A program made the translations under genes and the position numbers. Below, in pieces: positions 54,210-64,000 of a stretch of 64,000 bases of DNA. The DNA is taken from the NCBI RefSeq assembly GCF_032191835.1, contig NW_026800229.1, positions 310,001-374,000 on the forward strand, in the 5' to 3' direction. How positions within the stretch are numbered: position 1 is the first letter of the stretch; every line of letters begins with the position of its first letter. Under the pieces are notes generated by a model. The model ran no database searches. It was given only the letters and a program-made list of their open reading frames with translations, and was not told where the DNA came from. The DNA comes from Heteronotia binoei (lineage: Eukaryota).

Positions 54210-55628
54210 ACATAAAAACATAAGAACATAAGAGAAGCCCTGTTGGATCAGGCCAGTGGCCCATCCAGTCCATAAGAACATAAGAGAAGCCATGCTGGAT
54301 CAGGCCAGTGGCCCCTCCAGTCCAACACTCTGTGTCACATAAGAGAAGCCATGTTGGATCATGCCTGTGGCCCTTCCAGTCCAACACTCTGTGTCATATA
54401 AGAACAGAAGAGAAGCCATGTTGGATCAGGCCAGTGGCCCCTCCAGTCCAACACTCTGTGTCACAGAAGAACATAAGAGAAGCCATGTTGGATCAGGCCA
54501 GTGGCCCCTCCAGTCCAACACTCTGTGTCACATAAGAACATAAGAGAAACCCTGTTGGATCAGGCCAGTGGCCCCTCCAGTCCAACACTCTGTGTCACAT
54601 AAGAACATAAGAGAAGCCTGTTGGATCAGGCCAGTGGCCCCTCCAGTCCAACACTCTGTGTCACATAAGAACATAAGCGAAGCCCTGTTGGATCAGGCCA
54701 GTGGCCCATCCAGTCCAACACTCTGTGTCACAGAAGAACATAAGAGAAGCCACGTTGGATCAGGCCAGTGGCCCCTCCAGTCCAACACTCTGTGTCACAT
54801 AAGAACATAAGGGAAGCCCTGTTGGATCAGGCCAGTGGCCCCTCCAGTCCAACACTCTGTGTCACAGAACATAAGAGCAACCCTGTTGGATCAGGCCAAT
54901 GCCCCTTCCAGTCCAATACTCTGTGTCACATAAGAGAAGCCCTGTTGGATCAGGCCAGTGGCCCCTCCAGTCCAACACTCTGTGTCACATAAGAACATAA
55001 GAGAAGCCCTGTTGGATCAGGCCAGTGGCCTCTCCAGTCCAACACTCTGTGTCACAGAAGAACATAAGAGAAGCCATGTTGGATCAGGCCAATGGCCCAT
55101 CCAGTCCAACACTCTGTGTCACAGAAGAACATAAGAGAAGCCATGTTGGATCAGGCCAATGGCCCCTCCAGTCCAACACTCTGTGTCACATAAGAACATA
55201 AGAGAAGCCCTGTTGGATGAGGCCAGTGGCCCCTCCAGTCCAACACTCTGTGTCACATAAGAACATAAGAGAAGCCCTGTTGGATCTGGCCAGTGGCCCC
55301 TCCAGTCCAGCACTCTATGTCACATAAGAACATAAGAGAAGCCCTGTTGGATCAGGCCAGTGGCCCCTCCAGTCCAACACTCTGTGTCACATAAGAACAT
55401 AAGAGAAGCCATGTTGGATCAGGCCAATGGCCCCTCCAGTCCAACACTCTGTGTCACATAAGAACATAAGAGAAGCCCTGTTGGATCAGGCCAGTGGCCC
55501 CTCCAGTCCAACACTCTGTGTCACAGAAGAACATAAGAGAAGCCATGTTGGATCAGACCAATGGCTCCTCCAGTCCAACATTCTGTGTCACATAAGAGAA
55601 GCCTTGTTGGATCAGGTCAATGGCCCAT
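54210..55628 (-). repeat. 67-bp CR1 3'-end tandem array (~21 units)
   Basis: Same unit as 39961-40495. Some units lack one 8-bp tail repeat. Confidence 0.93.
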
Positions 55629-58600
55629 TATGCAAAACCCACTTGTGGAACTGCGAATGGGGGCCCCAGGCTCCAATATCAGTGGGAAGGGTCTGCCTAA
55701 CCCTGGAGGAGTTCCCTGCAGTGCTGAAGGCCTACCGAAACTTAATGGGCGTGTTCAGGGAACAAAGCACGAACGAACTTCCCCCCCACAGGAACACGGA
55801 CTGCGCCATAGAGCTGATTCCGGGCCAGACGCTACCAAAAGCCAAGCTATATCCTATGGGGTGGGCTGAGAAAGCAAAACTCCACAAGTTCCTGGATCAG
55901 AATTTGAAGCGAGGCTTCATCCGATCGGCAACGGCGTCCCACTCTGCACCGGTCATGTTCAGAAAAATAAAGGATGGCTCGCTTAGGCTTTGCACAGATT
56001 TTCGCGGGATAAACGCAATCTCCACCTCCAACGCCTACCCCATCCCCCTCATTAGGGACCTATTAAGCATGGTTTCTGAGGGGAAAATTTTCACAAAACT
56101 GGATTTACGAGATGCGTACTTCCGAGTGCGCATAAAGAAGGGGGATGAGTGGAAGACGGTGTTTAACACCCCTATGGGACAGTTTGAATATCTGGTGATG
56201 CTGTTTAATAATAATAATAATAATAAATTTATTTTTATATCCCGCCCTCCCCCGCCAAAGGCGGGCTCAGGGCGGCTTACAGACATGGCATTCCGGGGGC
56301 CCCGGGGGTGTTCATGAACTTTATAAATGATGTGCTAAGAGAATTTTTGTTCAAGGGGGTGGTGGTGTACCTGGATGACATTATTTATTCGCAAGACGAG
56401 AAATCCCATGTAGTGTTAGTAAGGAATGTGCTAGACACTTTGTTGAAACACAAACTGTACGCTAAACTGTCAAAATGCGAGTTCCAGAAGACGGAACTGG
56501 ACTATCTGGGGTTTAGAGTCTCTGCGAAGGGATTGGCGATGGACCCGGCAAAAGTGCAAGCCATACTAGATTGGGCTCCCCCGAGGACACGTAGACAGCT
56601 CCAATTGTTCCTCGGGTTCACAAATTTCTACAGGACCGTCATACCAGGGTTCGCCCAAATAATGCTTCCCCTGACGGAGTTGTTAAAAACAAAGGGGAAA
56701 GGGCCAGAGGCTAAACGGCCAGGGGCCCGCTTAACCTGGACGCCTAAATGTCAAACGGCATTTGACAAATTGAAACGGCTGTTCACGAGTGAGCTGGTCC
56801 TGACCCACCCCAATGAACTAAGACTCTTCATTGTGCAATGTGACGTCTCCGATGTATCCGTAGGAGCCATTCTGATGCAGAAGGATGAGGAAGGGGGGTT
56901 GAGGCCATGCGCCTACATTAAGAAATTTTCTAATGAGCAACGGAACTGGTCGGTGTGGGACAAAGAGGCGTTCGCAGTAACTTTTGCTTTAAAAACTTGG
57001 AGGTCTTGGTTAGAGGGGACGAAGGTAGCATTCGAGATCTGGACCGACCATAAAAATCTTGAAGCCCTCACGGGGAAGAGAAAACTGAGTGAAAAGCAAA
57101 TCCGGTGGGCGGGATTTTTCTCGAAATTTGATTTCGTGCTTAAGCATATTCCCGGCACGAAAAACCTTTTGGCTGACGCCCTCTCCCGGTTGCCTCAGCA
57201 CAACAGCCAGAAGGAGGAAGTAATAGATTCCCTGGTTCCCCCCTCCCAAGTGGCAGCAGTTGTCACCACTCGTTCTCAAAAGAAATGTGAGCTGGAGGGG
57301 TGGGGAACAGAGAAAATGGTGACAGAGACTGAAAAGGAGGGAGAGGACAAACCGGGGGAGATTCAAAAAAGGGAGGATGGGTTGTGGCACTGGGGAGAAA
57401 AGGTGTATGTCCCCAAGAGCATGAGAAAGGAAGTGTTACAATTCTGCCATTCAAACAAACTGGCTGGGCATTTCGGGTATGTAAAAACGCTCCATCTGAT
57501 CAGCAGACAGTTCTGGTGGCCATCTCTAAAAAAGGATGTGTCGGAATTTGTCTCCTCCTGCCCGATCTGCAACATGGCAAAGTGGAGGCAGGGGGGAAAC
57601 CTCCTGGACTCCTCAAACCAATAGAAACCGCCACCAGACCTTGGTCAGTAGTCTCCATGGACTTTATAGTAGAACTACCGCCATCTCATGGCAAACAGTA
57701 ATGCTGGTGGTAGTGGATACTTTTTCCAAGCAAGCCCACTTTATTCCCTGCAAGCAGCTTCCCACCACCAAGAAGCTGGCTTATTTATTCTTTAACCACA
57801 TGGTTAAACTACACTCGTTCCCGGACAAAGTAATTAGCGACCGGGGCCCGCAATTTGTTGCCAACTTCTGGCGGGAGTTTTGCAAATTAGTGGGGATGGA
57901 GCAGGGGTTGAGTTCCACGTACCACCCCCAGGTGGATGGTCAGACGAAACGTGTGGACGACTTATTAGAACAATATCCGAGGTGCTATATCAATAATCAA
58001 CAATCCAATTGGGTTGATCTCCTCCCCTTCGCTGAGTACGGATACAACAACAGTGTGCACAGCTCCACCAAAGCCTCCCCCTTCCAGACTGTTAGTGGTT
58101 ATGAGGGCAAGCCGATTCCTGTGTTGCCAGGGGGGGGACCCCGCCAAACAATCCAGCTCTTTTGAGCAATGGTGGGACGCTCTAAGTAAGAGTTGGAAGG
58201 AGATCCAGGAGAATTTGGAGGCTGCCAAAGAGACAAAAAAAGCAATATGACAAATCTCATGTACCCGCCTGGGATTTTAAGGTGGGGGATTCTGTGTTTG
58301 TGTCAACAAAAAAACTACCTATCAATCAGCCCTCTAAGAAACTGGCATGCCGATACCTGGGTCCTTTTAAAATCAAGAGAGTAATAAACCGGGTCACTGT
58401 GGAACTAGAGCTGCCTAAGATGTTTAGTAAAGTGCACCCTGTCTTTCATTGCAGTCTGCTCCGTCGGGACCCCGGCCGGTCTGTTTGGCATCCTCGAACG
58501 ACAGCGCCACAACCTATTCAGATTGGGGATCAGAGTCATCGCGAAGTTCAGGAGATTCTGGACTCTAAAATTAAACATGGGAAGTTGTATTATCTGATTA

Positions 58601-58713
58601 AGTGGAAACATTTCCCTTCTAGTGAAAATGAATGAGTTGCAGAAAAAGATGTACTAGCATCTGATCTAATCCATAAATTTCACAGAAAACACCCTCTGAG
58701 ACCGAGGGGTTGA
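55629..58713 (+). pseudogene. Decayed Ty3/Gypsy chromovirus pol (RT, RNase H, integrase, chromodomain)
   Basis: RT motifs LRLCTDFR, KLDLRDAY and YLDD. RNase H motifs CDVSDVSVGAIL and WTDHKNL. Integrase HHCC, SMDFI, SDRGPQF, with DGQTKR in place of DGQTER. Chromodomain EVQEILDSK...YLIKWK. Frameshifts, stops and an ~80-bp insert at 56207-56286. Confidence 0.92.
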
Positions 58714-58730
58714 GCTTGAGGGGGGCAGTA

Positions 58731-59166
58731 TGTCAAGATAGACTGATTCTGCTCAAAGACTGATGGGTCCTGCCTGTCAAGAACAGGCCTGCTTAAAATC
58801 ATGATGGGCCAAATGCTGCTAGTTTATTTTCCTTTAATGACCCCTCCTTTCCTTTATGGCTGGTAACTGTTGTGAACGAAGTAAATTGTGCCTTCCCAGA
58901 CAGAGGTGCGAGGGAGTAGAAGCTATTCATGTAAGCAAGGCCAAACGGTGTGATAACCAGCCTGGGAATGTATCTTTGTAGTTATGTGTGAATGCTCCCT
59001 CATTACCCTCCCCTTAGGAATTCTTTTGAAGTGTATCTTATAATGCCTGTATCAATGTATTGGTTTCATTCTACTCAAGCGATCGGCTTGAGCCACAGTA
59101 ATGGTTAATCAATAAATGAAGTCTTTGTTTCATCTCTGACTCCTTGTTGAATCTGTCTGCTTGACA
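58731..59166 (+). mobile_element. 3' LTR of the Gypsy element (436 bp)
   Basis: TGTCAAG...CTTGACA termini, preceded by polypurine tract GAGGGGGG (58718-58725). AATAAA at 59111. Confidence 0.85.
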
Positions 59167-59510
59167 CTAGATGGCCATCTGACAGCGATGAAGATCCTGT
59201 GAATTTAGGGGGAGGAGTTTGTGAGTTTCCTGCATTGCGCAGGGGGTTGGACTAGATGACCCTGGAGGTCCCTTCCAACTCTAGGATCCAAACCGTTAGA
59301 GTGGTTCCTCAGTGGAACAGGCTTCCTCCTCGGGAGGTGGTGGGCTCTTCTTCCTTGGAGGTTTTTCAACAGAGGCTAGATGGCCATCTGACAGCGATGA
59401 AGATCCTGTGAATTTAGGGGGAGGTGTTTGTGAGTTTCCTGCATTGTGCAGGGGGTTGGACTAGATGACCCTGGAGGTCGCTTCCAACTCTATGATTCTA
59501 TTCTACGATT
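59167..59510 (+). mobile_element. CR1 3' end, partly duplicated
   Basis: GATGGCCATCTGACAGCGATGAAGATCC...CCAACTCT occurs twice. (ATTCT)-type tail. Confidence 0.75.
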
Positions 59511-60309
59511 TCGAAGTGTGCATGCACCCAAAGAACCCAGTTAGCAGCAGGCTGCATTGTTAAAAAGATGGCAAATGAACTTCAGGCAAAGTTGAGCCTG
59601 GTCTAATTCCAACAATCTTCCAGTTTGTCGCCTCCCCCTTCCCCCTTTAAGCTCTATCTGTGTCTACAGCTCTAACATTCTGGGGGGAAAAGTCAACCCC
59701 TTGCTCCCAGGGGCCTAATGACACCTGCAGGGGGCGCACAATTGCTCAAAACAGCATCTTTCATCCCAATGGAATACAAGGCACTTGTGTTGAGGGGAAA
59801 ACCCATAGCGGCCTCTACTGCTGCAGAGCATTTTCCTTCTGCTTCTCAGGAGCCAGGTCCCCATGGACCCCCCCACTAGCTGCAGGAGGGAAGTCTCACC
59901 TTCCCCCCACCCCCAAAGCTGCATAAAGTGTGCCACAGAGGAGTCCTCGGCTGTGCCAGCGGGTATCCTTCTTCAGCTGCCAGCAGAGTTTCCAGTATTT
60001 CCAAATCGGGAAGAGCTGGGTGAGTGGTTTTGCAGCCAGGAGACCTTTTTGAAGGGAAATCTGGGCACCAACCCCTTCTTTCGGGACTTCTTTCTTTTCT
60101 AGACTCCTCTTGTGCTCTTGGCCTTTGCTCACCAGCTCTCATTTGGACTCTTGGCTTCCAAAGGGCTTGCCTTCCTCTGCCAAAATGGTCCCCTGTTCAG
60201 AAAAGGAGGTGATGAGGGAGTGACACCAAACCAGAAGAGGTGAGGAGGAGCAGGTCTGAGAAGGAGGGAGGAAGGGAGGAGGGAGGGAGGGAGGAAGCTC
60301 TGCTTGGAA

Positions 60310-60745
60310 GAAAATAAGAGAAGCCATGTTGGATCAGGCCAATGGCCCATCCAGTCCAACACTCTGGGTCACACAGTGGCCAAAAACCCAGGTGCCATCA
60401 GGAGGTCCATCAGTGGGGCCAGGACACTAGAAGCCCTTCCACTGTGCCCCCCAAGCACCAAGAATACAGAGCATACTTGCCCCAGACATAAGAGAAGCCA
60501 TGTTGGATCAGGCCAGTGGCCCATCCAGTCCAACACTCTGTGTCACACAGTGGCCAAAAAACCCAGGTGCCATCAGGAGGTCCACCAGTGGGTCCAGGAC
60601 ACTAGAAGCCCTCCCACTGTTGTCCCCCCCCCCAAGCACCAAGAATACAGAGCATCACTGCCCCAAACATAAGAACACAAGAGAAGCTGTGCTGGATCAG
60701 GCCAATAGCCCCTCCGGTCCAACACTCTGGGTCACACAGGGGCCA
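60310..60745 (-). repeat. CR1 3' terminal ~175-bp segment repeated 2-3 times
   Basis: ATAAGAGAAGCC...GGATCAGGCC starts at ~60315, 60489 and 60668. Confidence 0.8.
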
Positions 60746-61544
60746 ACTCCCCCACAAGTGCCATGCAGTTCCAGAATTTCCCCTTTCCCTTGAAAGGGCA
60801 GCTTCTGGGAGAGCCCTCTCAGCCCCACCTGCCTCACAGGGTGTCTGTTGTGGGGGAGGAAGGCAAAGGAGGACGCAGCTCTCCGATGTTCTCGGTGGCT
60901 CAGCTGGGCAGCTCCAGTCCTCCTTGCTGCGAAAAAGGCTCTGTAACTACCTTGGATGCACCTCAAGCCATTCCGGTTTCTCTGGCATGTGCTGCTCTGA
61001 GATCCAGGAAAGGAAAGGTGGAAAGATCAGCTTTCTGGGATGAGGCTGTCCTCTAGAATCTCATCAGCCTGAGTGGGCTAGTGGTTAAAGTGCTGGGCTA
61101 GGATTCGGAAGACGCAGGTTCAAACCCCCACTTGTGCCATGGATGCCGGCTAGGTGAACCTCGAGTCACACACCCTACCTCACAGGGTTGTTTCAAGGGT
61201 AAAATGGAGGAGAGTAGAATGTAGCCAGCTGCTTTGCAGCCCTGGTGAGGAGAAAGGGTGTAAATAAAGTTAATAAAAATCAGTGTCTCTTCCTGGCCCA
61301 TGGAATGGCAAACGTACAAAACAAATGGCTCTCCTAAGCTCTGAACCTTCTTGAGATATTCCTTAGTCAGCCTTTCTGCCAGCAAACACAGAGGGTGACT
61401 CCCCCCCACAATGTCTCTTGATCCCAGCAGATTTCTGCAGACAATTAGTTGGCATTCACTGATTTTCTATTCCTTTCTTTAGTTCATTTCCATCATTGTA
61501 GGTGGAATGTTATGCTTTGTCTTTCATCTATCTAGTACAAGTGA

Positions 61545-62260
61545 GTTTGGTGTAGTGGTGAAGTGCCCGGACTCTTTACTGGGAGAATCGGGTTTGATTC
61601 CCCACTCCTCCACTTGCAGCTGCTGGAATGGCTTTGGGTCAGCCAGAGCTCTGGCGGAGGTTGTGCTTGAAAGGGTAGCTGCTGTGAGAGTTCTCTCAGC
61701 CCCACCTACCTCACAGAGTGTCTATTGTTGGGGGGGGGGAAGGTAAAAGAGATAGTGAGCCACTCTGAGAATCTGTCCTTGAAAGGGCAGCTGCTGTGAG
61801 AGCTCTCAGGGTTGGTGGGGGAGGAAGGGAAAGAAGATTGTAAGCTGCTGTGAGTCTCTGATTCAGAGAGAAGGTGGGGTATAAATCTGCAATTCTTCTT
61901 CTTATCTGGGAGAACCAGGTTTGATTCCCCACTCCTCCGCTTACACCTGCTGGAATGGCCTTGGGTCAGCAATAGCTCTTGTAGGAGTTGTCTTTGAAAG
62001 AGCAGCTTCTGGGAGAGCTCTCTCATCCCCACCTACCTCACAGAGTGTCTATTGTTGGGGGGGGGAGGTAAAGGAGATAGTGAGCCACTCTGAGACTCTG
62101 TCCTTGAAAGGGCAGCTGCTGTGAGAGCCCTCTCAGCCCCACCCACCTCACAGGGTGTCTGTTGTGGGGGAGGAAGGGAAAGGAGATTGTGAGCTGCTCT
62201 GAGATTTGAAATGAAGAGTTAGGGTTAGGCGGGATATAAATCCAATATCTTCTTCTCAAG
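61545..62260 (+). mobile_element. Compound Squam3-like SINEs
   Basis: Head GAGTTTGGTGTAGTGG at ~61545 with repeated bodies and tails. Confidence 0.7.
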
Positions 62261-62704
62261 TTCCAAAGGAAACACACTTGTGCCTGACATGGTCCCAGCT
62301 GCACTTTCTCCCTGGGCTGCCAACTTCCCATGAGCAGGGACTGCTTCCATTTCCAGGGGCTTTCAAGTATGCAACACAGAGGAATACTAAATCCAAATAC
62401 ATGTGCCTGTGAGTCGATCAGTGGAGAGAGCCACCAAGTGGCCACCACAAAGACCTTGGAATCTGAAAAGCATGCAAAAATGAAAAAAAAAATGAAAGTC
62501 AGGGGTACCCAGCAAAGCTGCAGAGCCCAAGGGAAAGGCTGGCAGCAGTTGGCGACTTTTCCTTCCTTCTTGTTTCATTCTCCTTTTCTCCCAGTCCCTT
62601 CGCATTCACCACTGGCGTCTTTTACTACGGAGAGCATTGAGGCTCCTCTTGTGGGCATGGAGAGCCCACAAGCATGAATCAGAGCAGGTGTGTGGGTGGG
62701 GCGG

Positions 62705-63110
62705 AGCTGCATAAATGGAAGCGCCTCTGCTTGGGGTGCAGAAGGTCTCGGGTTCAATCCCCAGCAGCATCTCCAATTAAAAGGACCAGGCGGCAGCAAT
62801 TGGTGTGAAAGACCTCTCCTTCAGGACCATGGAGAGCTGCTCCCAGACGAAATAAACCAGACTGACCTAGATGGGCTAAGTGGGGTCTGATTCAGCAGAA
62901 GGCAGTTTCATTTGTTCACTTCTCATTTGGGACAGGACAGGACTGAGTGATGGAGCCTCCACGTGGCCTGCAGAAGGTCCCAGGTTCAATACCTGCCATC
63001 TCCACTTAAAAGACTCAGGTCATGGGTGATGTGAAAGACTTTTCTCAGCCTGAGACCTTGGAGAGCCGTTGCCAGTCTGAATAGACACGGCTGACCTTTA
63101 AGGGACCAGG
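62705..63110 (+). mobile_element. Two degenerate tRNA-derived SINEs with CR1-like tails
   Basis: GGTTCAATCCCCAGCAGCATCTCC and GGTTCAATACCTGCCATCTCC B-box regions. GGTCTGATTCAG tail. Confidence 0.6.
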
Positions 63111-63249
63111 GAGGGGAAGGCTGATTCACCTTCATGTGGGTTCTTGTGTGTTTGCCCTTATCTCACAACCCAGGTGTTGCACAAGGAGAAGCAAACCAAG
63201 TACACAGATGCAGTCCTGACTAATGTGTTTTTGTACCTGCAGGTGCGGA

Positions 63250-64000
63250 ATGGGGGACATGTCTTCCTTGGTGGGCTCTCCCCGAAATCAGAGCCTTCCC
63301 CCTCCCACTTTCCTCCTCACAGGCTTCCCAGGATGGGAGGCTAGAAGTGTCTGGCTCTCCGCCCCGTTCTGCTGCCTGTATGCCGTTGCCCTGGTGGGCA
63401 ACAGTGCCGTTGTCCTTGTGATTGTGAAGGACCAAAGTCTGCACAGGCCCATGTACTTCTTCCTCTCCATGCTGGCCATGAGTGAGCTGGGGGTGTCCCT
63501 CTCCACCCTACCAACAGTGCTGAACCTATTCCTCTTCTACACCCGGGAGATCGGGAGGGACGCCTGCTTCTCCCAGATGTTCTTCATCCATTGCTTTTCC
63601 ATCATGGACTCGGGAGTCCTCTGGGCCATGGCTTTTGACCGGTTCGTAGCCATTTACAGCCCCCTCCAGTACGCCACCATCCTGACAAACTCCAGGATTG
63701 CCTTGATCGGCCTGGGGATTGTGGTGAGGAGCGTCCTCCTTCTCCTCCCTCTGCCAGTTCTCCTGAGATGGTTGCCGTTCTGCAGGCCCAACGTCCTGAC
63801 TCATCCCTACTGCTTGCACCCCAATTTAATCCAGCTCCCGTGCGCAGACACCAGAGTCAACAGCATCTACGGCCTCTTCGTCTTGCTCTGCACTTTTGGG
63901 CTGGACGCCTTGTTTATCATCCTGTCCTACGCAATGATAGTCAAGACGGTGCTGAGCATCGCCTCCAAGGAAGGGCGCCTCAAGGCCCTGAACACCTGCG
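63250..64000 (+). CDS. Class I olfactory receptor, OR51-like, receptor 5 (3'-partial; absent from the ORF track)
   Basis: Manual translation: MGDMSSLVGSPRNQSLPPPTFLLTGFPG...LHRPMYFFL...MDSGVLWAMAFDRFVAIYSPLQY...HPYCLHPN...KALNTC, open to the window end. Acceptor CTGCAG at 63242. Confidence 0.93.
   Translation, partial: MGDMSSLVGSPRNQSLPPPTFLLTGFPGWEARSVWLSAPFCCLYAVALVGNSAVVLVIVKDQSLHRPMYFFLSMLAMSELGVSLSTLPTVLNLFLFYTREIGRDACFSQMFFIHCFSIMDSGVLWAMAFDRFVAIYSPLQYATILTNSRIALIGLGIVVRSVLLLLPLPVLLRWLPFCRPNVLTHPYCLHPNLIQLPCADTRVNSIYGLFVLLCTFGLDALFIILSYAMIVKTVLSIASKEGRLKALNTC

Noticed and set aside
3195-55628. CRISPR-like appearance of the regular arrays
   Set aside because: Units are contiguous with no unique spacers, there are no cas genes, and the DNA is vertebrate.
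55427-56317. 296-aa satellite-Gypsy RT fusion ORF
   Set aside because: A chance in-frame junction. The RT is cut by an insertion before YLDD and the rest of pol is decayed.

Overview
Vertebrate genomic DNA from a squamate reptile, most likely a gecko, judged from its Sauria- and Squam3-type SINEs, CR1 and BovB content. The window is part of a class I (OR51-like) olfactory receptor cluster with five + strand receptor genes (15727, ~30400, 40817, 52743, and 63250 running off the window end) in a dense field of mobile elements. These include a full-length L1 with a perfect 21-bp TSD and one homopolymer frameshift, an L1 nested in another L1, CR1, BovB and RTEX-like fragments, many hAT-type MITEs with 8-bp TSDs, a decayed chromodomain Ty3/Gypsy element, and a Penelope-like insert with a minimal hammerhead ribozyme. 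Receptors 2 and 3 lie in a head-to-tail tandem duplication (20916-35247 and 35248-42459, CAGAC microhomology at the junction), so filled and empty insertion sites can be compared directly. Three retroelement types have been converted into tandem arrays (79 bp SINE, 67 bp and ~180 bp CR1, ~146 bp BovB). Most ORFs in the supplied track are artefacts of these repeats. The best leads are: (i) a predicted split-coding-exon receptor whose upstream MSAV exon would rescue the copy that lost its ATG; (ii) the hammerhead ribozyme; (iii) a single SINE in one duplicate matching a ~3.6-kb satellite in the other; (iv) a tail-less L1 lineage inserted twice at GTTCTT. Repeat family names come from recalled consensus sequences, not a database search, and coordinates were counted by hand.
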